64,000 nt of DNA. Source: Selaginella moellendorffii. Its lineage: Eukaryota > Plantae > Lycopodiophyta. The DNA is taken from positions 1,844,672 through 1,908,671 of the forward strand of contig NW_003314268.1 of NCBI RefSeq assembly GCF_000143415.4. Reading direction: 5' to 3'. The notes below the pieces were generated by a model. It saw nothing but the letters and a program-made list of their open reading frames with translations. It was not told the origin of the DNA and ran no database searches. Below, one piece after another: positions 47,721 through 58,766 of the stretch; position 1 is the first letter of the stretch; each line of letters starts with the position of its first letter. The position numbers were made by a program, and so were the translations under genes.

Positions 47721-48484
47721 CATTGTCGATGGTGGTGCTGAAGATGGTGCTAGTGGAGCTGTAAAGGTTTGGACCATTCAAGATGTTGTTCATAAGCTAC
47801 GAGCCCTTAACTGAGGTATTTGAGTGTTATCTTCATGAGTTTATGGAGATTTTCTTAGACGATATTCTTGTTTTCAGCAAGAATATGGAGGAGCATAAGA
47901 TGCATTTGCGTAAGGTTCTTTTGTTACTCCGTGACAACAGACTTTATGCGAAGAAGAGTAAATATGACTTTGCAAAGTCAGAGGTGGAATATTTAGGCTA
48001 TATTATGACATCTAAGGGTGTCAAGATGAATTCAAGGAAGGTGGCTGTGATGGAGAATTGGCCTACACCAACTTTAATGGCCGAGTTATGCAACTTTTTT
48101 AGTATGGCTAGTTACTATTAATGTTTCCATCATAAGTTTGCAGAGGTTGTTATTCCTTTGACACGGTTGTTATGCAAGAACATGCCATTTGAGTAGAAAA
48201 AACCACAAGAGGAGAGCTATGTGGTGTTGAAATGATTGTTGAGCAAGGCTCTAGTGCTTCGCATTGCTGATCCATTAAAACCTTATAAGGTGACATGCCA
48301 TGCGAGTGGTTATGCACTCAGAGGAGTTCTCTACAAGAGGGATAACCTATTGCATATGAGAGTCAAACTTTAAATCCTATAGAACAACGCTATTCCACAT
48401 ATAAGCAAGAGTTACTCTCTATTATTCATGCTTTGCAAATGTGGTGACACTATTTTTATGGTGCAGTGTTTATGGTGTTGACAG
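47721..48484 (+). pseudogene. G1 Gypsy fragment (gag start fused to RT-RNase H)
   Basis: 47721-47810 matches ~8456-8545, then jumps to sequence matching ~11000-11670 (FLDDILVFS). Confidence 0.88.
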
Positions 48485-49088
48485 TGTGAGACACAAAACC
48501 CTAAGCTCCAAAGTGGAGCCAAAAGGGTGCCACGTGGGAGTGGCCGAAGCGAAAGCCAAATGAGCGTAACACGTTTCAACTAAAAGGCTCCGACTTGAAA
48601 ATTCGAGAGCGGGAGTGGAACTCCTAATGAAGTGCTCAAGAAACGAGCATGAAGTGAGCAATAAAAGAGTCTCTAGAAAAAGGACACTAGATGGAGTCTG
48701 AAATGGAGTCTGAGATGGACCCGAGATGGAGTCCGAGATGGATCCAAGATGGAGTCCGAGATGGAGTCCGAGATAGACCCGAGATGGAGTCCGAGATGGA
48801 CCTGAGATGGAGTCCGAGATGGACCCGAGATGGAGTCCGAGATGGACCTGAGATGGAATCCGAGATGGACCCAAGATAGAGTTCGAGATGGACCTGAGAT
48901 GGAGTCTGAGATGGAATCTGAGATGGAGTCCGAGAAGGACCAAGACCGAGACCGGGACCGAGACCGAAACCGAGACCGGGACCGAGACCGAGACCAAGGC
49001 CAAGGCCGAGACCGAGCCCAAAGCCCAAGTCCAAGTCCGAGTCCAAGTCTGAGTCCAAGTTTGAGTTTGAGAAGGTAAAAGCCCAAAA
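48485..49088. repeat. Family L2 LTR truncated at the terminus of element copy B
   Basis: TGTGAGACAC start plus minisatellite, ending at AAAGCCCAAAA. Confidence 0.9.
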
Positions 49089-50718
49089 AGCTCTATTTCG
49101 TTAAAGTGGGATTTATTCAGTAAAATGGGACTAGGTACAAATTTTCAAGTATTTGAAAATGACGTGAAATTATATGTTTTTTGTCCAGGGGCTAGACATA
49201 TCTGGGGCATGGTGACTAGCGCGGTGACTTTGTGTCCAGACTGAGTCCATCTGGTTGTATAATAAATCTCATTGTCAAGGTGAACAAGCCGAATCTGAAG
49301 CTAAAGAAGAGCGATGGCATGCGCGCACACACTATTTGTTTGTTCATTGAGCATGTGGTGAGCTTTCCAAGATGAACGTCATTCCTATTAGCCAGACATA
49401 TAACTTAATGGTGAGAACATTTAGATATTATTCAATGTTATCTTTTTCTAACGAATCTAATTGTGAAGGTGTAGCAAGAGGCATTGCTAGTCTGGAGAAG
49501 TCATTTAACTCATTTGACCCTTAGTGTATTTTCATGAAACTAAATAACATTCATATTATTAAGGAATTTCTCTAGTACCTTTTTTTTACGACATAGAGGC
49601 TTGCATTTCTTTCAAAGGTGATTTAGTAAAAGGCCTGAGGGCACATGCCATTCTATTTCTCAGACCGGTATTAAGATATACTAGTGCAAAGGGAAAAAGG
49701 TATTTGGTGATCAAGTAAATGGCATGAGGGCACACGCCATTATAAGCCTAAGCGCTAGTGGACACCTCCTTTTTGGTACTCTCAGCAGTACTATCATCCT
49801 TCTCCGGGTCAGTTGTTTTGCTTTGGATTGTTGTTTTTGACGTTACTGGGGCGTTCTCGATAGTTGTTAATGTTGTCGTTTGTTCAGAAAAATGATCACC
49901 TGGAGTATAGTACGGGGAGTTTGGAAGACTTATATATTCTACATCTTCACCTATCTCCTTCTCCGTCTCCTTTTCTGCCTCACTTACAGATTTTGTGCTT
50001 GCCATGAGAACGCTCTTCACCCTAAAATATGGAGTTCATTGTGTTATTAAAGGAAACCAACACACACGCTGCAAGGGAAATATGGTACATAAAGCACGTA
50101 AGCCCACAATATGGGTTTATGTGCCATTAATATGGGCCACACGCCATATTATTAGATTTATGCATGTGTGATTGGTAAATGCATATGTCACATCATCTTT
50201 GTTTTACCTCACACACTATATCAGGCCTAATGAACCATATCACATGTGTGCACATGCTATATATATGGAGAAGTATTATGCAAGGATAGAAAAATTCAAT
50301 GCATGATTGTGGAGAGCAATGGCATGAAGCCACATGCTAAATAACATTTTAGAGAAAGAATTAAAATAGAAACATGCAAACAGTACTGAGTGGACCAAGA
50401 CTTAGAAGTGCACAATTGAATGAGGTATTTCTAATAAATATTTCACTCACCTCATATAAGAATGGCTACCACTCTCAAATGGCATATCGCATCATGCCAT
50501 CACCTTGCAATTTGTTATAACAATCCGATGAATTCATATTCGGCTTGTTCACCTTGAACTTTAAGTAAGATTTGCTAGAACAACTAAGAATTTATACTTG
50601 TTATTTGTATCATCTCACCTAGGAATGGCATAAGGCCACATGCCATCACGCCTCCTCTGATTCAGATTCGGATTGTTCACCTTGAAATAAAATACATTAG
50701 AAACTTAGTAAAGGAATA

Positions 50719-53700
50719 TTAATGAATCTCACCTTGAACTCGGGTTATGAATGCTCTTGCTGCATCTCTTGCATGGTCTGGCAAGGTGATGGTGGCACTC
50801 TACTTCCGCATCCAACCATGCACAACATTATCCACCGATATGCTCATGCTGGGATCCCTTGGATTCAGCACCCATCTCTTTTCTAGGCAATCCTTCGTAT
50901 ATCCGGAACTTGGCTTGAACCACTCCACAGTTACATTGAAGGAGTTAGCTTCCGCGTCCTCCTCTGCATCAATGATGCAGCGGCCCACCCATATCATTTG
51001 TTTTTTATTACTGGGTCTGACAAACACGACCATTCCTTTGCAGACCTGTACTGGATTGAATGCTGAATCCAGCTTCTTGTTCCTCGGCCCACAATAGTGA
51101 TCCTCAACATCGTTATCTGTCACTGCATTTCCAGAGGACATTATTCTGCTACTATCTGGTGCTCTGGGTTCTGGCCAAAAGGACTCTTCCAATTCTTCAT
51201 ATACAACCGGCCCATTTTGGATAGCAGATATAATCTTCTCCCAGTATTCGAGCAAAGGCTTGCACCTCTTAAAATAGGATTCTCCACTAAACACCAACCC
51301 CCTCTTCCAGAAGGCAATATGCTGTCTAATCCCGGCCACTATACTTTCCTGGTCTTTGAGTCCATCCGGGTGCATCGGCCGTGGGGAACCCTGAGGAATC
51401 ATAGGTTCCCCAGTTATGGGATCTCTCTTGAAGAGTTCAATGCCATCCACTGGCAGCCACACTATGTCCCATTCTCTCATCTTGTACCCCATCACTGGAG
51501 CACCGTCACGCATGCTGAAATGAAACTGAAGAGGCTTGGAGTGGCCAATCAGCATTTCGGATCCGCCCCTGATGTAGCCTCTTACAAACCCCTTAAAGTC
51601 TGGAACCTCTGTCACAAGTGCAGCTTCAACAGTGCCTTTGATGCAATTTTGGAATTCATCGTAGAGTTGTGGGAGGGTGAGGACATTGGATTGCCGGAGG
51701 GACTCTGCTAGGTGACTGAACATGGCATCGACGTCTTCATGAGTGTGCCCAACCATGAGAAAGCCAAGTGTAACCGTTTCAAATATGCCTTTGGCAACAA
51801 GCATCGCCAAGTACGCGAAGACGTACATGTTTTTGTTCTCACTGCCAGCATTGTCTGTTTGGAGCAGAAGATGGGGTGGAAGGCCACATCGGCCGCAAGA
51901 ACTTCCTTGAGATTCTGCTTCGTTTGGATGAGGCTGTGCATTCACCGGGCGACCAGCCTCGTCGGAATGGCATGAGGCCTCACGTGATAACCCTACAATC
52001 TGACGGCCAACATATTCACTGGGATGGCATGGGGCCCCACGCGATACTGCAAGCCTTTGCTCCTCCTCCAGCTGAACCCTGTATGGGGTTCGATCGACAA
52101 GGGCCTTATGCAAGGGTTGGCCGTTCAGCTTAGTCTGCGCACTTTGCAGAGACCTTAAGTGTTTTGCTAGGGACGCAATCATCATGTTTGCACCCCCGCC
52201 ACCCCATAGAGGTACAAAGAAGTTCCCATAGTTCTGGGCACCATGCCCATGAGCGATTATGCCAAACAGAGACACAGGCAGCTGCATGGATGAAGAGATT
52301 GCCTTGGGGGCAGGATTGAGTCGAGGTAAGCACGTCTTTTTCTGGTCCATTTTATCGTGGATGATGCAGAGGTAAGAGTCAGGTCTCTCCATGGAGAGAA
52401 TCCTGTTATGATAATATGCAGTCCTGCAGCTTCTCTGCTCGATGTTGTGGTCGAGCCGCCTTCTAACCAACGTCTCTCACTCTTGAGCGCTGCAAGAATT
52501 CTTCGACAAAGCCATTTTGATAGCAGTGCACTCGTCACACTTTGAAAAGCTAGAGTACTTTCCTATACTCACATCCCTGAACCTATTGCTCCACAATCTA
52601 CTAAATCTAGATTGGCTCAGCTTCCTGTAGCCATTACTCTGGAGTTGCCGATTCACATCTTCCAATATGGCCCCCTTGGTATACATGGAAGGGAGAACTC
52701 ATTGGGTGTCTCGTGTTCCATCTTCCAAGAGGCGGGTTTTATGTGGTTGCTGCTCGCTATATGTCTCGACAAACCTCTTGAAGATTGCCTCTCCATATAC
52801 AACATGACCCTTGGTTTTGTGCGTACCGTCATTCCCATGGACTGCCTGTTGAACCCTTTGTTCCTCGAACTCAGTTTTGATTCTGTAGAATGTGGTTCGA
52901 GGGACTCCATAAATGATTCTCCATGCCTTCATGCAGACCAAACCCCTCTGGAAGACCATGCCCCCCACCTGATGTTCTGAAGCATCAACAGATGACCGTA
53001 ATGCCTCATACACAAAATTGCGAGCTGCCTTCCAGGACAATGTCTTGTATCTTGCTCTCTCCTCTTCAATAGCATCCTAATCAGCATGTTGACAGCACCT
53101 CCTCTTGCAACAAGCAACTGTCGAGACCATTCGAACCTCCATCGCCATTTTCTGCCTTTTCGGTTCGTTGCTCAGATCCCTTTGGCTGCGCTTTAGGAAG
53201 GTGTACTTTCTTTTCCCATGAAGAGATGTTCTGTCATTAGTTGTAGTGGTGTTTGATTGTGAATCCTTCACATTCTCAAACACTAAGTGCCTCAATTTCC
53301 ACTGCACAATGCTTCCAATAGTCAGACTGTTTTCTTCTGTGTCAACAACCTCTAAAATCGCAACTCCAATATCATCCCAGCCCAATTCTTGATTAGCAAC
53401 TGCATCTCTTGGATCGACAACTGTGGCTAAGCCCTCAGCTACCACCTCCCCCTCAGGGTTGTTTAGAAACACCTTTGCTTGAATCCATTTAGCACGGTTC
53501 TTAAGATCCACGGAGGGAACATGCATCACACTTGCGCTGTCCCCAACATCTGCTTTCTTCTGAAGATTTTTCAAGGCAACAACAACATTTACCCCGACAA
53601 CCATCTCTCCTCGTTCAATAGCGACCACATTCCCATCGAAGACAGTCTCTACTGATACAGCAGCATTGCCTTCCCCAAGCCTTTGACAGTGTATAACAAA

Positions 53701-53787
53701 GTTCCGATCCATAGACACAAGGGTCCCTTTTGCAACTCTCTTCCCACCATTCAAAATGTAAACCTTTTCCCCAACCCTGAAGGCCAT
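50719..53787 (-). pseudogene. Sola-like/DUF7869-type DDD transposase, copy B, 1022 codons with 4 nonsense codons
   Basis: ORFs 53077-53787, 52699-53040, 52477-52686 and 50800-52470 are in one frame. Candidate triad HDKMD / TDN / GHTHEDVD. Two tandem N-terminal VAxG...LG...V repeats. Confidence 0.88.
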
Positions 53788-55051
53788 TCTGAAAGTGCAG
53801 AAAAGAAGTTAAGACCATACAAAAAATGATTGGAGAATGGCCTAAATCATAACATACCAAACAACCTCAATAGCATTAGGCCACATGCCATTATTCAAAC
53901 ATGCTATTGACACCCACGTGAAATTTCGCATTCACAAAATTGGCATGAGGCCTCATGCCATCTTGATATACACACAGCTGCAGGCAAGTAAAAACATACA
54001 TGACAATACGCTAGCCATGAAATTGCAAGGGCCCAAGATGGCATGTGGCCTCATGCCATTTCTAAATGTGGTCGTAAGCCATTCCATGGTGAACATACCA
54101 GGAAGCACAAGTGCCGAATATCAAGAGGAAGCGGTAGCCACACCAAAGACAGTGCCGCTCGCAACACCGCAACTGCTCGTAGCGCCACTCGCACAAACTG
54201 CCACTCGCATAAACTGCAGCTCGCAATGGCGCTCACAATGCCGCAACCACTTGTAGACGCATAAACCACAGCTCACAACGTCGCTTACACAAGCAGCGCT
54301 CACTGCACTCAGCGGAACCAAGAACACGGCGCACAAAAATGATAGACCTAGGAATGAGTTCGAGAAGTCAAAAATAACACACGCTTGAACGTCACATCAA
54401 ATCCTCTGACAAACCAGATCTTATGATTCCTCTGACAAATTTCAAACTGAGTAGCTTCTAGACTTTGCTATCGGAGGTTGAACTTTGTCACATCATGTCC
54501 TTGCCTCGATCCAGCTGTGCCATGTTAGTGATTCGAACTTTGCCATGCCGTGTCAGCGATCTGCACCAAGATTATTCGCCGTGTAAAGGAATAATTATGC
54601 TGTGTGTGTACATCCATTTATGGCAATATAAGGCCACACGCCATTCAAAGAATAATGCTAGTCAAGCATTTTTTGGTGCATTTTTTGGTTCAAAATTGCA
54701 TGAGCCCACACGCTATAAGTTTACCTGTACCAAAAATAGAAACAGCTTTATTTACTTGGGAATTTAAGTGGTTGAGGCATTTTTAAACTTACAAACACAT
54801 GCCCTACTTACATTCCTTTGGTTGCTTAAAATTCAAAAATATTATAAACCTTTCTTTTTGCATTTTCAATGTTTTCAATTATGGTTTTTGATTTTCGCAG
54901 GACCAACCTAGTAATCTATTTGCATCCCGTCATGTTTATAGCTAGCTTTCATTTGTCCCCTTCGCTAGCCTGAGATACATCTGCTCGGCATCTACCTCTT
55001 ACAACATTTGCCCAGAAAGGGCATCTTTCTTCACGTAGCATTTGCCACATG

Positions 55052-55077
55052 TTTAGGGTTTAGGGTTTAGGGTTTAG
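55052..55077. repeat. Interstitial plant telomeric repeat / telo-box (TTTAGGG)x3.7
   Basis: TTTAGGGTTTAGGGTTTAGGGTTTAG. Shorter version at ~40134-40149 in copy A. Confidence 0.8.
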
Positions 55078-56549
55078 CAATTCAGTAGCTTGATAAACAT
55101 GCAAATACAGAACTTGATGCAAAATCCTTTGATATGTCACAATGCTCCTAGGACCATAAACACATTTCAATAGAGAAGGTCCTTTTATTTCATAACTCTT
55201 TACGTAGATCTTGGTGAAACCAGAGTTAGTGAAGTTAGTTTCTTGTGATCCCGCATCTGATTGTGATGTCCCTTTGCAGTGTCGATGGAAAGGTCAATGC
55301 ACATCAAACTATAAAATCTTGGAGCAAAATAACGGTCGGATCTATGGCAAATGCCCCTGAAACATTATAAAGCTCGTGTGGTCTCATGTGGTGTCCGATC
55401 GAGATGCTTCTTTGCAGGGTCATCAAGAAGGACATTGTATACCATTCTTTATTTAGCTGAACATCTTGCATTTTTGGAATTACAAGATGCTTTGGAATAT
55501 CCAATCATGCATGGTATAAATATAGCGAGGGTATTAAATGATATCCCAATCATGATCTTTCTTTTGGATTTCGCGTGCATGCAGTCCGAGGAATGATGAC
55601 GTTGCGGATTTCTTTTGGATTTCACGTGCATGCATGCGCGCGGCGATCCAGAAATTAATGGTGGCGCCCAAGTCCGAGGAATGATGACGTGGCGGGATTA
55701 CCAACCGTCGTGACATTTCGCGCGTGTGAGGTTAGGTTTTGCATTTTGCTTCATATTCGCGCTCGCACACTCGCGCTCGCATCGTGCTCCCACTCGCGAT
55801 CACGCTCACATTCGCGCTCATCTACCTTCTCTACAGGTTTCTCGTGTGCATCGGCGTCCACTCGCGCTTGGATCACACTCGCGCTCGCATCGCGCTTGCA
55901 TCGCACTCGTGTGCATCAGCGTCCACTTCAAGACACACCCAGTTTGTAACTTCGCCGCCAACTCCGCCGCCCACTCCGCCACCCACACGCAGCCCACTTG
56001 GCGTCCCGGGAGATTTCAGTGCCACTCTCCAACTGTAAGTGGCAGAGTAGCCTTGCTGCTACGATCCGCTGCACACACAGTGCACATTTGCCAGCGAGTC
56101 CGGCCTCGATTGTCATGCCTCCATTCGGCTTCAAATGGTAAGTCTTTTAGGCCAAGTAGAAAATGGCATGAGGCCACATGCCATTCAGTAGCAACATTGG
56201 CATGCACCGATTGGGCTCTCGAGTGTAGTCCGGTTACAGATGGCGTGTAGCCTCACGCCATCTTAGGATGCAGCCTCAAGACATCTGATGCAGTGGTGAA
56301 TGGCGTGTGGCCTCACGTTATTTCCAGCTGCTAGCTTTTCATCTGTCAGCTCTAATTGTTGTGCATTTATGAACAGGCGAGGAATTGCGTTCTTCTTCCA
56401 GCCACTGTCAATGTGGATGCAGAGAAGGGGGAGGAGCTCACTAGTTGGACTTTCGGGATGGAAGGCGAGGATCTGAGGCTGTACAACACAGATGGTGGGA
56501 GAAAAGAATGCATGGGGATCCTCATCCAAGTGACAGACACTCCATCCAG

Positions 56550-58766
56550 TGGGAAGTCACTCCAGTCCCACTCTGCTGCAGGACCAATAACAAGGGCGAG
56601 TGTGAAGATGCGGACATTCGTCGGTACCTTCTTCTTAGCCATTATCCCATGGATCTCCCGCATCTCCTTGCCTTTCAACCGAGCCTTCACCTCGTTCAAG
56701 GCCTTCCAGAACTTGTGATAGGATTCGGAGTCATAGATCATATAGTGGATTGAAGATTCCACCTCCGCAAGTCCCACCATTAAGTCAATGATGGAGCTGA
56801 CTTCGTCTGCATGAGTGATCTCCTCGTTTGTGAAGTCCATCACACAAAAGATGTTCTTGACCTACTCATCTCCGCGGGAAACGATGCTCCTCCACCTTTG
56901 ATCCTCATCCGAATTCACATATACCTGGTAAGGTTCTCGATAGGCCTCTTCTGCGGGGTGGAGCTGTTTCTGAAGCCGGCGGTCGACATCCCTCTTAATG
57001 AAATTTGGATACTGATCCAACTTCTCAGCTTTACTTTTCGTGGCATCCCGCAGCAGATCGATGAACTTGGGAGCCCGCCTCAGATCCTCGTCAATGTCTT
57101 CATTTGACAACTCCAGCGCTTCCATCATCTCTTGCGTGGTGTCGATGCTCACCCTCTCCACAGCCACTTGCTCAAAGATCCAATCCTTCAATAGCGCACG
57201 AGCTCTCAGAGTCGTACACAAGTCCTCGTATGTCACAATATGGCCGGGAGTCATTTTGGTCTTGTTGAAGACTACCTCACCACGTAGAAGAGCATTAGCC
57301 ACTGTCAGAAGGTCGTCATCGTCTAGAGACCGCGAGAAACGCAAGGCGTTGAGCTTCAAATCATTGGGCTTCCGGCCGTCCTCCACACCCATTGAGTTTA
57401 GTAACTCCCTGTCATGGTACCTCCTCAGCACATCTACCCATTTGTCAAAAACAACTTTTGTCGCGAGTAGAATGTTATGGATGCTAAGTGTGTCATTGAC
57501 CCCCAGTGTTTTCGAGAGAAGACTCGAGAATTCCTACAATGGAAATGGCGTGAGGCCACATGCTATGCCACATGCAACGAGGCTTACCTGCCAGGCGCTA
57601 GTTGCTAGTGCACGTCCTTGTCCTAGTTTTTGTGGCTTCTTCAGTTGAACCCAGAGCTTCCGTGTTCATGCCAATGTCTCGTGCAAACCCGATTTGTAGC
57701 ATGTTTCTTGCTTGACATTCTGCACGTGGGAGATGTATATGATAGATCGGAGGGGCGAGTTGCCTTTTATCAGGCGGACAACTCTTGTCTTGAAGACTTT
57801 CTTCACCTCCTCGCCCACCATAATATCCACAACTATCTCTTGCATCGCCAAGCTAAAATGCTGCCTAGAGACGGCATAGAACCGGATGTTCTGATCGTCC
57901 AACACCTTCCTATTGATCAAGTCTGGAAACCTCGTCTCGCCCTTCATTGTTCGGTAGTAGGGGATCACGTCTGGGATGTCGGGTGTTACTGGACTTGCCA
58001 GCATCTTCTGCTTCAGTTTCTCCACCCACTCATCAGATACAAGCCTGTGGTTGTATTTGCTTTGGATGTCGATATGGCTCACGTCGATTGTATATACTTT
58101 TTTGGAATAGTAACAAGTACTATTATCTGTGACGATTTTTGCTGCCTCTTCTTGCTCTTTCTGCTCTTTGCGGCTCTTCTTTTTGGTGGGTGTAGTGTTC
58201 GAACCCGAGGCAATGGCATCACCGAGTAGCTTCTTTTTTGGAGCAGGAGAGTCGGACGTCGGCTTGAGCTTGACCACCCTTTTCTGCTTCGGAGTAGTTT
58301 CCAGATCGACCCCCTTCCCCTTCGCTTCGCGAACTGGAGGCACTCTCAACAGCTCAATGTTGGAATATAGTTTTTGAACATCGCCATAGGTGAGGTCCGT
58401 GGATTCCATGTGATCTTCATAGACCCGCAGCGTCTTTGAAATTGTGGGCCTCCTGGACAACCTCTCCCTAGCTCCCTCTAGGAATTCCTCATAGCCGTTG
58501 CCCCCCTCCGGGAAGCCGCTAGGATGTGCAAGGTGGATCTTGAAGGCGGACGCTGTCTCTACCACAAGTGCCAGTCCATATTCTTGCATGGAACTGCATG
58601 GAGTGTCTATCACTTGGATGAGGATCCCCATGCATTCTTTTCTCCCACCATCTGTGTTGTACAGCCTCAGAACCTCGCCTTCCATCCCGAAAGTCCAACT
58701 GGTGAGCTCCTCCCCCTTCTCTGCATCCACATTGACAGTGGCTGGAAGAAGAATGCAATTCCTCGC
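56550..58766 (-). pseudogene. Multi-domain gene in copy C (ParB-like domain through part of the MTase-like domain, 3' truncated)
   Basis: ORFs 57666-58787, 56862-57431 and part of 56367-56843. Uninterrupted across the point where copy A is broken. Confidence 0.7.

Larger units (their letters stand above)
49089..56545 (+). mobile_element. Large DNA transposon, copy B (left end, full-length transposase, start of multi-domain gene)
   Basis: Colinear with 34756-41593 and retains segments deleted in A. Confidence 0.9.

Noticed and set aside
46540-47793. 417-aa ORF as a stand-alone gene starting at 47793
   Set aside because: The first ~24 codons are antisense Gypsy gag beyond the inversion breakpoint at 47720.
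55052-55077. Chromosome end or healed break
   Set aside because: Under four repeat units, internal to the element and present in shorter form in copy A.
56356-56843. ORFs 56356-56718 (+) and 56367-56843 (-) as genes
   Set aside because: Both are chimeras across the B/C junction.
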